A stretch of DNA of 62,683 nucleotides, filler included, from Atractiella rhizophila (Eukaryota), in the NCBI GenBank assembly GCA_021432655.1. It is 4 parts of 4 records of this genome, joined end to end, with 100 filler letters (N's around TTAATTAATTAA, not from the genome) between each part and the next. Parts side by side here need not be neighbours in the genome. Positions count along the whole stretch, not along the records: positions 1 to 29,332 come from MU271722.1; 3 more parts are not named here. One strand, given 5' to 3'. The notes below the pieces were generated by a model. It was not told where the DNA came from. It saw only the letters and a list, made by a program, of their open reading frames with translations, and made no database searches. The number at the start of each line of letters is the position of its first letter. Within the stretch, counting starts at the first letter, position 1. This document shows, piece after piece, positions 12,415-24,660 of the stretch. The position numbers and the translations under genes are program-made.

Positions 12415-13214
12415 CCGCTACATCGATAGCCTATCGACTGGGGAAGTTTTCAGCGAAATTGCACTTTCCACACCCCCTCTACACCAGTGTCGATAACCTA
12501 TCAACCGGGGACGTTTTGAGTGAAATTGCACCCCTCAGACCAGAACGCCCACAGTATAAAGGCCCCTCTACACGTGGTGTCGACAACCTATCGACACGGG
12601 CTACTCTCAACAAATTGCACCCCTCAGACCCCTCTCTACCTGATGTCAATAACCTATTGACATGAGCCAGTTTCAATAAAATTGTTCTCCTCAAACCCCT
12701 CTTCGACTGTTGTCAATAACCTATCGATCCGGCGCCGTTTCGCCAAAATTGTACTTATCGTTAATAACGTATAGAGAATACATGTCTAAACCGGTACAAA
12801 TTAATTTTGCAACTCTGAATGTACTTTGTTTAATTGGAGGTATATGCCAAATATGAACCAGAGCTGTCCAATGAAGCAAGGACTTCAATGGATAAGGGAT
12901 TTAAGATGTGTCTTAGAGAGGACATTGCCTGTGCCTGTGAGTGTTTATGTGTACATGACATTTTGACTGGATTATAATTCCTATCTGTGGCAGGGTTCTA
13001 CCTAGGTTGACTAAGAGCCAACAGTTTCATGATGATGCTGTTTTTGTTTTTATTGGAGGCAGGGTCGCACCCTGGGTACCTAAGAGGCAAGGATGTAGCC
13101 AGGATCTTGTTCCTGACGGAGGTAGGGTTTTACCCTAGACAGCCAGGAGGCAAGGATTCAGCCTGGATCCTGTTCCCAACAGAGGCAGGGTTGAACCCTA
13201 AAGTACTGTTAGTA
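12415..13214 (+). repeat. Dispersed repeat (partial non-autonomous element) with ~60-bp satellite arrays; homologous to 21400-22267
   Basis: Tandem units containing the palindrome GTCGATAACCTATCGAC, then a shared block (GAGAGGACATTGCCTGTGCCT), then GAGGCAGGGTT..CAAGGAT units, ending AAGTACTGTTAGTA. Confidence 0.8.
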
Positions 13215-13620
13215 GGTATTTTGCTTGGCTTTGTCAAGTATTTCTGGCGAGAGAGTTTCAATGGGTTGTCCAATGGCCAGAAAACTCTTGTCGCTGACCC
13301 GAATGGACTTGGATGTTCCTCTCCACGAGGAGAACACTCTGGTGCAATATGCTCAGAGCTTGGTTGGCACAGACTTCCGTATAATAGCCCAACTAGCTAT
13401 TTTTGCACTTCATGATCTTGTCTCACAGCTTCAACTGGATGCTTGCGTTGCTTTGGGTCACTTGTGTCGGCTAGTATGGCGTCCATTGATTTCTGATATA
13501 GGTCAGTATTGCCACAAACTTAAGACTGTGATCCATCATTTTCTAAACAAAACTGCCCTCCTGTCTCCCCAATGGTTTAACAAACGCAAATTCCATCTTC
13601 TACTTCATCCTCCTACCCAT
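13215..13620 (+). mobile_element. Fragment of a CACTA/CMC-like basidiomycete transposase
   Basis: ILLGFVKYFWR, TLVQYAQSLVGTDFRIIAQ and PQWFNKRKFHLLLH resemble this transposase family; cut on both sides by other repeats. Confidence 0.6.
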
Positions 13621-13624
13621 ACGC

Positions 13625-14130
13625 TAGAGATGTCAACGAGTATGGTACTCGTAGGTACTTGTGCCACAGGTACCCATGCGCAACAAGTTACAAATCAGCG
13701 ACAGAGGGTTAATTTTCATCAGGGGCATCTGTTTGTGTTCCCTGCTAAGTACCTAAGAGTACTCGTGAGCATATGTCCTGCAATGGCAGGAACCCGTGGG
13801 GTACTCGTTTGAAAGAAGAGAGTTTTATATCAATTTTTGATCTTTTTCACATTCAAAATGGCTCTATCTGGCTCTGAGATACAAGTAATAGTGGTGTTTA
13901 AGCCATAAGTAATGTATAATAAGTCATCTATTTAAACTAATGTGCCTAAACTGTAAAATTATGTTGATGAGTAGAGTCTAAGTTAATACAAGGGTATCCA
14001 TGAATAGTACTCATGAGTACAAGGGTACCTGTGTCAAAGGTCACACCAAGTTACAAATCAGGCTCTAAGCTGATCGATACTCGTGAGTAAGGGTACCCGT
14101 ACTCACAAGTACTACTCGTTGGCATCTCTA
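13625..14130. mobile_element. 506-bp MITE, copy 1
   Basis: Terminal inverted repeats TAGAGATGTCAACGAGTA / TACTCGTTGGCATCTCTA; GTAC-rich subterminal motifs; near-identical to 19289-19794. Confidence 0.9.
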
Positions 14131-14554
14131 TGTTAGTCCCATCTTCATCCCTAACCCCAGTTTTCTCTGCAAACTTTCACCACACTATGGCACAAAACTA
14201 TTTTGAGGGAGTGACCGAAGGCTGTCTTTGCAAATTCTTGGGGGCAACCAGTTTGTCCATTTCAGTGAAAGCGGCCAGTATCTTGTCCTTTTCAGATTCG
14301 GGCTTGATGTTGGGGGTTAAGAGACAGATTATGGCACCCTATATGCTTGCCCCTTTCTGAACCTGCAAGGAAATTTTATTCTGAAGGGTAGAAAAATGCG
14401 CCTCACATGAGTCACCCTAGGGTTCAAGGGGCCATGCACCTTGCGAGTGGGTTGGGGGGCCTGAGGGACGAAGGCCGCTGATAGACTTGTTGACAGAGAA
14501 ACTGCAACCATAAATCCATCTCGCCCAGCTGAGCTTAGCTTCAGACTCAACATC

Positions 14555-17233
14555 ATGCAAGTAGACGGGGAAGAAAAACACTCTAACGCCTACCGTTATC
14601 GTGACCGCGCCCGACAGGACGCCTTCCCCCCCTCGAACCCCAAACAAGAGAACGGCAGACGATGCAGGATTTACCACAAACCATGCAGGGTTCACGCCAA
14701 ACAAGAAAGCTCCCTCTCTTTTCAACCGCGTAGCGCGATTTCAGCTGCTCAACAGTCGAATCGAATCCGAATCTCCCCTTGTCGAGGTCAAGGGCTTGCG
14801 TCCGAAAGTCGTCAACCCGAAATACAACGATCTATCTAAAAACAAAGCATTGAAGTTCAATCCTAACGATTGGAAGAGTGAAACCACGCTGATACCATTT
14901 ATGAAGCGCTTATTCAAGGTAAGCACGTTATCACGTTTTAACGCTTTGCGAGAATTGGGTACGACGAACTACTTCAGGTCGTTCTGCCGGAATCCGAATC
15001 CCGATACCGCAAAGTGGACGCGAGTCTCCACTTATCGGGCAACGTCACCCAGCGCGATTCTTTGAAGATGGACGCAATGATCACTTCCTGCAAATTTGAT
15101 GATGTTGTGACTGCATATTCTTGCGCGGTTTGCGGCATAGAAGTGAAGACGGGTGAGTCCTCTCAAGCCGCAGAGGGGAAGAGGCAACTGGGTCGCGGCG
15201 CTGTTTATACACTTGGGGCGATACCTCGCACATTTTTCTGGGGTCTCTTGGTCGATGGACCGCTCGAGAAAAAGAAGTTCTGCTGGAACTTTCACGCCCG
15301 TGGACTGAGGAGCGGGTCGGAGATGCGGGAACTGAAAGAGAATTATGATGAGCTCCTCGCTGAATTGTCGACGCTCATCGTAGGAGACGAGAAGGAGACC
15401 GGCTTCCTCGATATTTTCGACCACGACGGCACAGTAATTTTTAGCTGGGACCTTGCCGTTCCTCTAGCTCAGGATTCCCGCTCTCAAAATCGACCAGCAA
15501 TTAACTCGCCGTCTCAAGATGCATCCTCCCCTAGCGATCTATCTCAGGTAACGCTGGCGGGGGAATCCTCCGGGAAGGACGCACTCGTGACAGAATCTCC
15601 TCGCTCTCCCTATCCCGCTGCACAAGAATCCGCCTCTGACGGTCAAACTCTGGCTAAATCCTTCTCTAAAGTCTTATCGCCATCTATCTCTTCTCCGCTT
15701 TCGGAACCTGCGTCTCCAGCGCAATCATCGACTAACTCTTCTACGCTTTCGGACCCACAATCGTCCTGTTCGCCGTGGCCAGGATTCAAACTGGATCTTG
15801 CTGGACGCTTACAAGACTGCGAAGTTACGGGATCGGGCTTCATTTCCAACCTGGTGGCGGAAGGGCTGTTTCAGAAGTACTCCATTACGGGTAGTGGAAC
15901 GCAGGTCTGGGCATGCAAGTTTGAGGGTGGGACAGGATACGGTGCCATCAAGCACGTATGGCTGGACCAAACGCTTCTGGAGAGGATGAAAGATCACGTA
16001 GAGAGTTTTAGCCGCTGGACGGAGGAGCTGAGGAAGGGCAAGTTGCAGGAGTTCAATGGTCGCAAGCAAGTGTGGCAGTGGCTTGAACATGTTCCTCGTG
16101 TCCTGCTTTCATTCCCCGAGTATTCGACAAGCAAGATATTAGAAAAGTATGCGTCTTGGAACAAACAAAAAAACCCAAAGGTCGAGATGAAAGAGCTTAT
16201 TCCCGTCATAATCTACCACTCGACCATAGGCATTCCTCTTGGAGCAGCAAAAAATGCTGAAGAGGTTCTGGATACATTTGTTGGTGTTCTCAGGCGTGAG
16301 TCTTATACCCCTCTCTACTGATCTCACTGTCTTACGAGTTGCGACAGAATTGGAGACTCTGAATAATCAAGACTTTGTCCATCGTGACGTTTCTTACGCG
16401 AATATATTTATGCGCCAGTTAATACCCGGGCAAGAAGACGAAACTGCGCCTACTGTTGGTTGGTTGAACGATTTTGATTTCTCTATCAACTTAGCCAGAA
16501 CACCTGCCAGATCTCCAGAAGGTGGAGACAATCGCGAGAACAACGAGCATGCTCAGATCTCCGTCAGTGATATCTCAATTATAGTACGTCTTGTTGATGT
16601 CGCTTGCTCAAGGGAACGTTCCCATTCCTGTCCCGACGTGCCTTGCAGGCGGTCTTAAACCAGGAGGACAGCACCGTACCGCCGTACCGACAGACGATTA
16701 TGGACGACGTGGAGTCGACTCTCTTCTGCCTTTACTCTTTTTTCACCGATTTTGTCCCTCAGGAGGCAGGAGAGACTGGGCCATTCTACTTGCGGAGCTG
16801 GAGTGGCAAGAATGACACCTCAATGGGACAAGCCTCTGGGAAGCTTTGGGGAGACACCGACCCAACTTCCGTCCTTGGTGTCAAGCCTCTTCTTCTTGAA
16901 GGCCGCTCTCCACTCTCTCCTTGGTTCGGCGAAACCGATCGAGCGTTGAACTCGAAGTTGTTGCTTCTTCGCTCTGGGCAAGTAAAAGCGACATTCGACA
17001 GAAATGCTTCAAGACTGCTGGACACCAAAGACGAGAGTTGGAAATGGGATCAAGAGAAGGTATTATCGCTTCTTTGGGATGTCTCCAAACCGCTTCTGCT
17101 TTCTATCGAAGATGTAGAAAACTTTACGCCTACGTTTCCTGGAGGCGCTAATCAGAAGATAGAAGTTAGCAAGGTAGTGAATAGAATGGTCAAGGCTTTG
17201 GAAGATGGAAAAGAGAGTTTGAAGAAACGGTAG
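14555..17233 (+). CDS. Fungal-type protein kinase (FunK1/Pkinase_fungal-like), spliced; start approximate
   Basis: FVHRDVSYANIFM, GWLNDFDFS, GTFPFLS, DDVES. GT-AG introns at 14919-14977, ~16296-16348 and ~16564-16611 join the ORF-track frames. Confidence 0.85.
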
Positions 17234-17349
17234 ATGGTCCACGTTTGAATCCAACAATGGATGCCGAAGTTATTCGATAAGATACACACGTGACTCGAGA
17301 CTACCCGCTGGGAATTGGAAGTGTAATGCTTTTGGCTCGTGGTGGTGAA

Positions 17350-18790
17350 CAAGTTGTCATTGCAATTTGATCTTGAGGTGCAAACAATTTTTCGATTGCA
17401 ATACATCAGTTCCCGGAAGTTCACGGGAGGAGGGAACCGTGTGCAGTGAGGAGGTGGTATTGAACCCAGTGGAAACCTGGGGCAATTGATGGAATGGGAG
17501 ACACAGAATGTTGACTCGGAGAGTTAGCAGAATCTCTCCTTCCTTCTGAAGAAAGTGATGTGGTCCGTTCAGTGGAATGCAACGGAGAAGGAGGATTTTC
17601 AGAATTCCTGTCACTTGATGTCCTTCAGGTCAAATCTCCCAATCTTGGCGCGTTGGATGAGCTGACTTCGCAAACGTTGGAGTGGGGCAAAGACATTGTA
17701 GAGTTGATGTGGTTGGTAGATGTGGCTGGCAACATGACATTAGCAGAATACCACGATAGCAAAGAATAACGTCTGGACCTTCCTCAACACCCTCCATATT
17801 GATGATCGCCTCTTGAGTAGGCCGTGGTGATTCAGCACTTTCCTCTTTCTGGCATCCTCCCAGTTCATTCTGGAATGCACGTCCTCGTACCAACTTCTCC
17901 AATTCTCCTAATATTTGATTGAGAGCCGGGTTGTCCTCATGAAGATGGCAATTTACTTTGTCAGGAGACAGTGGCAGAGGGGAACGAAGGGGCAGGAATG
18001 CAGAATCTGTTGAAATATGCGATACTGAGCCCAATGTGAGTGAAGGTCCACCGGTTCGAAACCAGGGGTACCTTCTGCTGGAATGTTGTGTGTCGAAGCT
18101 TGCATTTCTGGACGAAAACAGAAAGGTAAAATGTATCAGCAGGGAATGCAGCACAAAAATTATGTTCAACCTTGAATGATAGCAATTGAACTATGGGCAG
18201 ACCTGGAAATTGATCCATCCGCTTCGTCATGGGGTGAAATTGGCTTTATGTCTGTCCAGTAGTCTGCAGAGGAATATGAAGGACTTGAAACTGCGCACCC
18301 TCCTTCAGCCTTTCGACGTGTTTGCCTTTATCACTTGCTGAAATTAATGTTAGAGCATGATATAAAAACTCGGAACAGGGTAATACATACACGAGCTAAC
18401 CTCTTGGATGCCTTCACCATGGTCCTAATAACTAATAAGTTGCAGAAACTGACCATCATTTGTTAAGTGCACTAGCCTTCTTGTTGAGGTGCATTCCCTC
18501 CACTCTTTCTAAAAGACCATCTCAACGATGAGTTTGTAGAGGCACTCATCACCGAATAAGCAGATCGGCTACCTACAGACAGGTCTGTCACATTAAAACT
18601 CTTCTGTCAACATTCACAGGATGTGTGGGCAATGTGCATACCGCGTCTGGTAGAAGGCTCAGTATCAATTAATCTATCCCCTTCTTCTTGTTCTAAATAC
18701 TCTAACCAAGCATTGGTATCAATAACCTCTATAAAACTATAAGACTTCCTGCTAATTAAATCTAAGATGCTCACCATGGTTGAAAGTGAA
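17350..18790 (-). pseudogene. Degraded spliced gene remnant of unknown function
   Basis: Intron-like GT..AG segments and codon-like stretches interrupted by stops; no family recognised. Confidence 0.3.
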
Positions 18791-19288
18791 TGCAGCTTTT
18801 TCTAATCCAGAAATCGGCTCATAAGGGATGTTATCCAACCTCCCTCGGACAGGTTCAGAGCAGATGATGTTCAGTCTGCGAGCATGAGAAGTCCGACGCT
18901 ACTGAGACTGAACTTGAGATTGGGGAGTGCGAGAGCTTAAAGGGTGCTCAGGAAGATTCATGTTGGACACTGGGTTCATTCTTGCTCTTTTGATGGTAGG
19001 GTGGGATGATACTTGGCTTGTCCAACTAGCTCAAGAACTTATAGATGCCTCTGTATGCTGGATTAGCAAGTCGACATAATTATCTAGAACTATACACCAT
19101 GGGCTTGGCTACGGGTTCTTATCGAGGGGACAATAGAGACTGGCTTCGGTGGATTTTGCTGCTCTTCTCCTTCAGTAGACTGATCCTCAGGAGCTACAAA
19201 TCCCATCAAACAAACAACTTGAAAAATATATGAAGGTACCCCTTGTCGATCAGATGGCTATGACGTTCTCCAGGTTTGTGCTCTAGTA

Positions 19289-19794
19289 TAGAGATGTCAA
19301 TGAGTATGGTACTCATGGGTACTTGTGCCACAGGTACCCGTACACAACAAGTTACAAATCAGCTACAGAGGGTAAATTTTTATCAGGGGTACCTGTTTGT
19401 GTTCCCTGCTAAGTACCTAAGAGTACTCGTGAGCATATGTCCTGCAATGGCAGGAACCCGTGGGGTACTCGTTTGAAAGAAGAGAGTTTTATATCAATTT
19501 TTGATCTTTTTCACATTCAAAATGGCTCTATCTGGCTCTGAGATACAAGTAATAGTGGTGTTTAAGCCATAAGTAATGTATAATAAGTCATCTATTTAAA
19601 CTAATGTGCCTAAACTGTAAAATTATGTTGATGAGTGGAGTCTAAGTTAATACAGGGGTACACGTGAGTAGTACTCATGAGTACAAGGGTACCTGTGTCA
19701 AAGGTCACAACAAGTTACAAATCAGGCTCTAAGCTGATCGATACTCGTGAGTAAGGGTACCCGTACTCACAAGTACTACTCGTTGGCATCTCTA
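19289..19794. mobile_element. 506-bp MITE, copy 2
   Basis: Same termini, length and orientation as 13625-14130; about 18 substitutions counted by eye. Confidence 0.9.
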
Positions 19795-22267
19795 CGCGAA
19801 GCCAATAGTGCTCTGGCAACGTCCTGTTCACATCTGCAAAGCCAGGAGTGCTGAAGCGAACACAGTCTCACTCTCGCAAGGTCCAGTTCTCATCTGCAGC
19901 ACAGGAGTGTTGAACCGAAGTGAGACTGCTCTCCCACCATCCTGTGTATATCTGTGAAGCTAGCAGTGCTGATGTGAACACATTCTTATTCTCACAACTT
20001 ACCATTCGCTTCGGCAAAAGGAGTAGCATTATCTGTGAAACCAGGAGTGCTGACTGGAAGTGAGACTGCTCTGGCAACTTCCTATTGCAGTTATTTCCTG
20101 TACCAAGGAGGTCATCCCCCGAAATGAGTGACCTTTGCATGTTGTAGACCCACAACAGTTATTTCGCTACAGGAGGTGCACTTTGCAGGTCATAGCCATC
20201 TGCCCATTTCAGCCTGTTGCTTATGTGAAATTGTCATTCTGTGGCAGGAAGTACACTTTGTAGGTCACAGGCATCCGCTTCCCAAAAGTGGTTATTTCGC
20301 GAGACTTTGCTGGTTGCAGCCCACTGCTGATCCAAATTGGTTATATCGTGACTGGAGGGCACTTCACAAGTTGCAGCCAAAGCATGTGAAGCGAAAGTTG
20401 GGACAGAGGGTGGACTTTGCATGTTGCAGCCAGCCAGCAGCCTGAAGTACTGCCTTCACAATGAACCTTGCATGTTTGAGGGCATTCGCATCAGCATCGG
20501 GGCTGATCTCACCCTCACAAAACAATTTGGCCATCATGTCTGAGCTGACGGGACTCAACAGTGCGTTCTGTCCCGTCAGTTTCATTCCGTCAGTCAGAGC
20601 TTCACAACTGGGCTGATGGGACTCACCCTGGCCCTGACCCTAACTCCGTTTCCCAGCCAAATTGACTGACGGAACAGCTCTGTCACGAAGGAATAGGAGT
20701 GATCGTTAGGTTATCCACATAGGTGCAGACGGGGTCATAAAAGTGCAATTTCCCTCAAAATGTCCCCAGTCGATAGGTTATCAACACAGGTGCAGAGCAG
20801 GTCTTAAAGTACAATTTCGTTTAAAATGTACAGTCAATAAGTTATCGACACAGGTTCAGATGGGTTATAGAAAGTGCAATTTACTTCAAAATGTCCCCAG
20901 TTGATAGTCTAACAGAAGAGGTGGCTAATAACGGTGTGCAGACACTTTATGTATGAATGATATAAAACTGCCAGCGAGATCGCCCCGCTGTACACGCTTC
21001 ACTTGGTCCTTAACATTGCATCCTTTACATTATTACACTCCTTTATCTCACATTGAATGGTAGATGGTGTTAAAACCATGTGTATAACAATAACAACATC
21101 TTTTACAACAGCATATTATACACTTGTGGTCATATAAAATCTTTCTGTAATGAACTTTTTATCGGTGCTAAAATCAGTATTAATGGTCCACGTATCGTCA
21201 TCTTGTATCATAATTTATTCACAAAAAGGTCTGTAACAGGTCACAATTATCAAATTGTTGTCAACATGTTTTTACTTTAATTGTACTACTATTTTCAGTA
21301 TTGGTTATAAGTTCAAGTTTATATACATACCAAATTGATTCAAGCATTACCTTCAGCACAGTATCAATATGTCTATGGTTGTAACTGCTTTTGAGCTGCT
21401 GTCAATAACTATCGATATGGGCCAGTTTCACCTAAATTGCACTCCTCAGACCCCTCTTCAACTGGTGTCGATAACCTATCAACATGGGCCAGTTTCAACC
21501 CCTTACACCCCTCTCAGCTGCTGTCGATAACCTATCGACATCAAGCATTAGCAATCAAAATTTCCCCATCCACTGCCTCTTTTTGCAGCTTCCTCAATTA
21601 AGTGCTGTAGTATGCTTCATTGCAATTACATTCTCAGATCTAGCCCTGGGCATACATACATTCATCGTATATAGGAACAGATGATATATAAATCATGTGT
21701 ACAATGTATTGACACCGCATGTCTCAACTGTCATAAATTAATTTGTGCAACATTCAATGTATCTGTTTACTTGCAGATGTATACTAAATATGAACCAGGG
21801 CAGTCTAATGTGGTAAAGATTTCAACGGATATGTGATTGGACATGTGTTTTGGAGAGGACATTGCCTGTGCCTCACAGTGTTCACTAGTACATGAGATTT
21901 TGACTGGATTCGTTTTCTTATCTGAGCCAAGGTTTTACCCCTGATTGGCTGAGAGGCAACTTTTTGGTCAGGATCCTGTTTCTGTCAGAGGCAGGGTTGT
22001 ACCCTGGTTGCCCAGCAGGCAATGATTTGGCAAGGATTCTTTTCCTCTGATAGGCAGGGTTGTACCCTGGGTGGTGGCAACATTTTGGCCAGGATCCAGT
22101 TTTTATCTGAGGCAGGGTTGTATCCTTGGTGCCTAGAAGGCAAGGATTCAGCCAGGATCCTGCTCCTGATGGAGGCAGGGTTGTACCCTGGGTGGCCAGG
22201 AGGCAAGGATTCAGCCTGGATCCTGTTCCTAACAGAGGCAGGGTTGAACCCTAAAGTACCATTAGTA
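19795..22267. repeat. Composite repeat region with several degenerate satellite arrays; probable non-autonomous DNA transposon
   Basis: GAAGCCAGGAGTGCTGA-type units (19800-20075); GTCGATAGGTTATC units inverted at 20720-20910 and direct at 21400-21540; ~60-bp GAGGCAGGGTTGTACCCTGG array at 21925-22255. Confidence 0.7.
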
Positions 22268-22739
22268 CTCCCACCTTCGTCCCTAACCCTAAGGCTCAAA
22301 GATCCCTTAGGAGTTTCCATCAGTGTACAATGGACATCTCCACCATCCTAGGTGAGTACTTAGCCATTAATCTGCTCGTGGGGGTTACACGAACATCAGC
22401 AAGTACCGTTAGTAATATATCAAATGTTATATAATTTTGCATTCATCTCATTGTTTAACGTATTGCTATCACTTAGGCAACCTATGAAAGACTGATGGCC
22501 ATGTGTTGGGATCAGATTGACAGATGATGAGTCTGCAGTAAACCTCCAAGTTGCTTCTTGTGGGCTACATTTCCTCGTTATGTAATTCATAAGTTAAATC
22601 TGATCTCCCAAACCCCTCTAAGTTTCCCTTGCCCCTCTACCTTATTGTCATCACACTCTTTCATCATCCTCCTGCCAAGCAAGATCTCCTCCTCAAGCCA
22701 TTCCCCAAAAGCAAGACAAGATATAGCCTGCCGGACACC

Positions 22740-23485
22740 TGCAAAGATGAATCTCTGAGTTGCCTCGTTGCATCCCGATCCCCATAGAACCAGCAGATGA
22801 AATCCGAGAAAGGGATCCAATCTACCAAACAGTGCCGAATGTCTACTATGATGATTGCTGTAGCATTTTTGAGAGTCCTGAAAACCTGAGGTGAAACAAG
22901 ATTTGAGGCTTTCTCGGCACCCCTGAGAGTGAGGTCTTGAAGCCATGTGAGGTGTGATAAGTCGAGCAGAGTGAGTAAGATGGAGGCGCTTTCTTTAGGC
23001 GTGGAGTAAAAAATTTCAATTTGCAAAGTGTCTAGAAGAGGAGGCCGTTAGGAGCTTGAGAACATGGGAGGGAACAGACATAAAACCAGATTCAGATCCC
23101 TGATCATTTGTGCGAGGGTGAGTGATGAGAGAGGTGGGTATCAATTAGGCATGATTGGATGAGCCAAGGAGGTAACCGAAGATCTGCTGATGCTGAAAGG
23201 GCCAGGGAGGAAGCATGATCGACGGCACAAAGATGGAGGCTTCTGATCCTCTCACGCATCCTCCACATAAAGTTCCCCACCTCCCTCTTCGTCCAAGCTC
23301 TGCAACCAGCATAAAACCAAATGTCCTCCACTCTTGACAAGTCTTCAATCGCATTCAGCACGATCTCCGCCTCCTTTTCATTCCACAATGCCCGAATCCG
23401 CACTGTCATAACATTTGGTAAGCCAGAGATAAGCTCTTTTACCATCCCTATACGAATTCCAGGACATGGCTTTGAAATGATCATC
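22740..23485 (-). pseudogene. LRR/F-box-like lineage-expanded family, copy A (disrupted)
   Basis: LDLSHLTWLQDLTLRGAEKASNLVSPQVFRTLKNA..FSDFICWFYGD is paralogous to copies B and C; frameshifts. Confidence 0.55.
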
Positions 23486-23779
23486 CAAAGTCAGGTTTCA
23501 TTCACAATTGCTGTCAAATGCAGATTCCTCTATTGTACATTTACTCAACAAATCTACTCTTGTTTGAATATCAGAGTAACACATTTGATGTCCCAATGCA
23601 GTGGTATTGTCCTATCTCGCAATCTAAGCATTAGACCTGGCTAGCGAGATCAGTTGAGTCCCCTATGTGTTCGGAGGTACGTCTGCAGTTGTGGGCTGCT
23701 GAGAGCTATATGTGTGGGGATCCAGTAGCTCCGGAGAGATTGGACTGTGCCTTCTATTTTGTTCCTCCCCCTCTCTAAG

Positions 23780-24660
23780 CTCCCAAATGCCTGACCTGTT
23801 GTACTTCCCCATCATACTCCTCACAGCCATGATCTCACTCTCCAAACAATAAACGAACCTCAACACGTTTCCCTATCTGCTCTCCATCCTCCAGATGACC
23901 CTTCTCAATCCCCCTCACCCACCAATCCCTGAAGAACCAGCGGATGAAGTCTGGGAAGTCGAATGAGTCCACCACACAGTACTTGAGTGTTATCTTATAA
24001 ATTGCCATTGCACTTTTGAGGGTGCTGAAGAACTGGCGAGAAACGAGGTTTGATGTTTCTTCGCCCCCATCAAGGAGCAGTGTGATGAGGTGTGCAAGGT
24101 GTGATAAGTTGAATGGAGTGGGTAGGATAGAGGTTTTTCCACTAACAGAGAAGGGGGCAAACACAAGTGTGAGGTCTTGTAGAAGAGGCGGCAGAGGGGA
24201 CTCTGAGATGGAGGAAGGGAGAGGACACATATTTGAGAGACGCAAGTAGTTGAGGCTAGGTGGGAGGGAGAGCGATGGGAGCGGTGGGTTACCGTAAAGG
24301 CGGAGGTATTCAATGTGCGAAGATAAGTGAAGCCCTGCTGGGGCTGAAGCAGGAGAGTCCTCCACATTCTGAACCTGAATCGTCTGATCCTGTCACCCAT
24401 CCTCTGCATAAAGTTCTCAATCTGCTCCTTCCTCCACCTTCTCAAACCCCATCATGCAAACGTGACGTCATTCACCCATTTCAAGCCTTTGATTGCATCT
24501 AGCAAAATCTTCACCTCTTCTTCATTCCAAAATGTGTCCATCTCCACTTTCCTAACATTTGGCAAGCTAGCAATGATATCCTTCGCCATCCAAATATCCA
24601 TGCTTTCGTTCAAGCTCAGTTCGTTCCACAGTAGTCTGGCACTAGGATACCATTTCAACC
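23780..24660 (-). pseudogene. LRR/F-box-like lineage-expanded family, copy B (disrupted)
   Basis: IEYLRLYG..LNYLRLSNM..LQDLTL..LSHLAHLITLLLDGGEETSNLVS leucine-rich repeats; in-frame TGA at 24452 and a frameshift near 24370. Confidence 0.65.

Noticed and set aside
12415..12760. Regularly spaced palindromic repeats resembling a CRISPR array
   Set aside because: The intervening sequences are themselves similar (tandem satellite), there are no cas genes, and the context is eukaryotic.
13225..13812. 195-aa ORF as a single gene
   Set aside because: Chimeric: the transposase fragment reads through into the non-coding MITE after 13625.
13622..19797. CGC immediately outside both outer ends of the MITE pair as a TSD
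   Set aside because: A 3-bp match is easily due to chance and does not fit the 8-bp TSD expected if the element is hAT-like.
22281..22292. CCCTAACCCTAA telomere-like repeat
   Set aside because: Only two units; insufficient to call an interstitial telomere.
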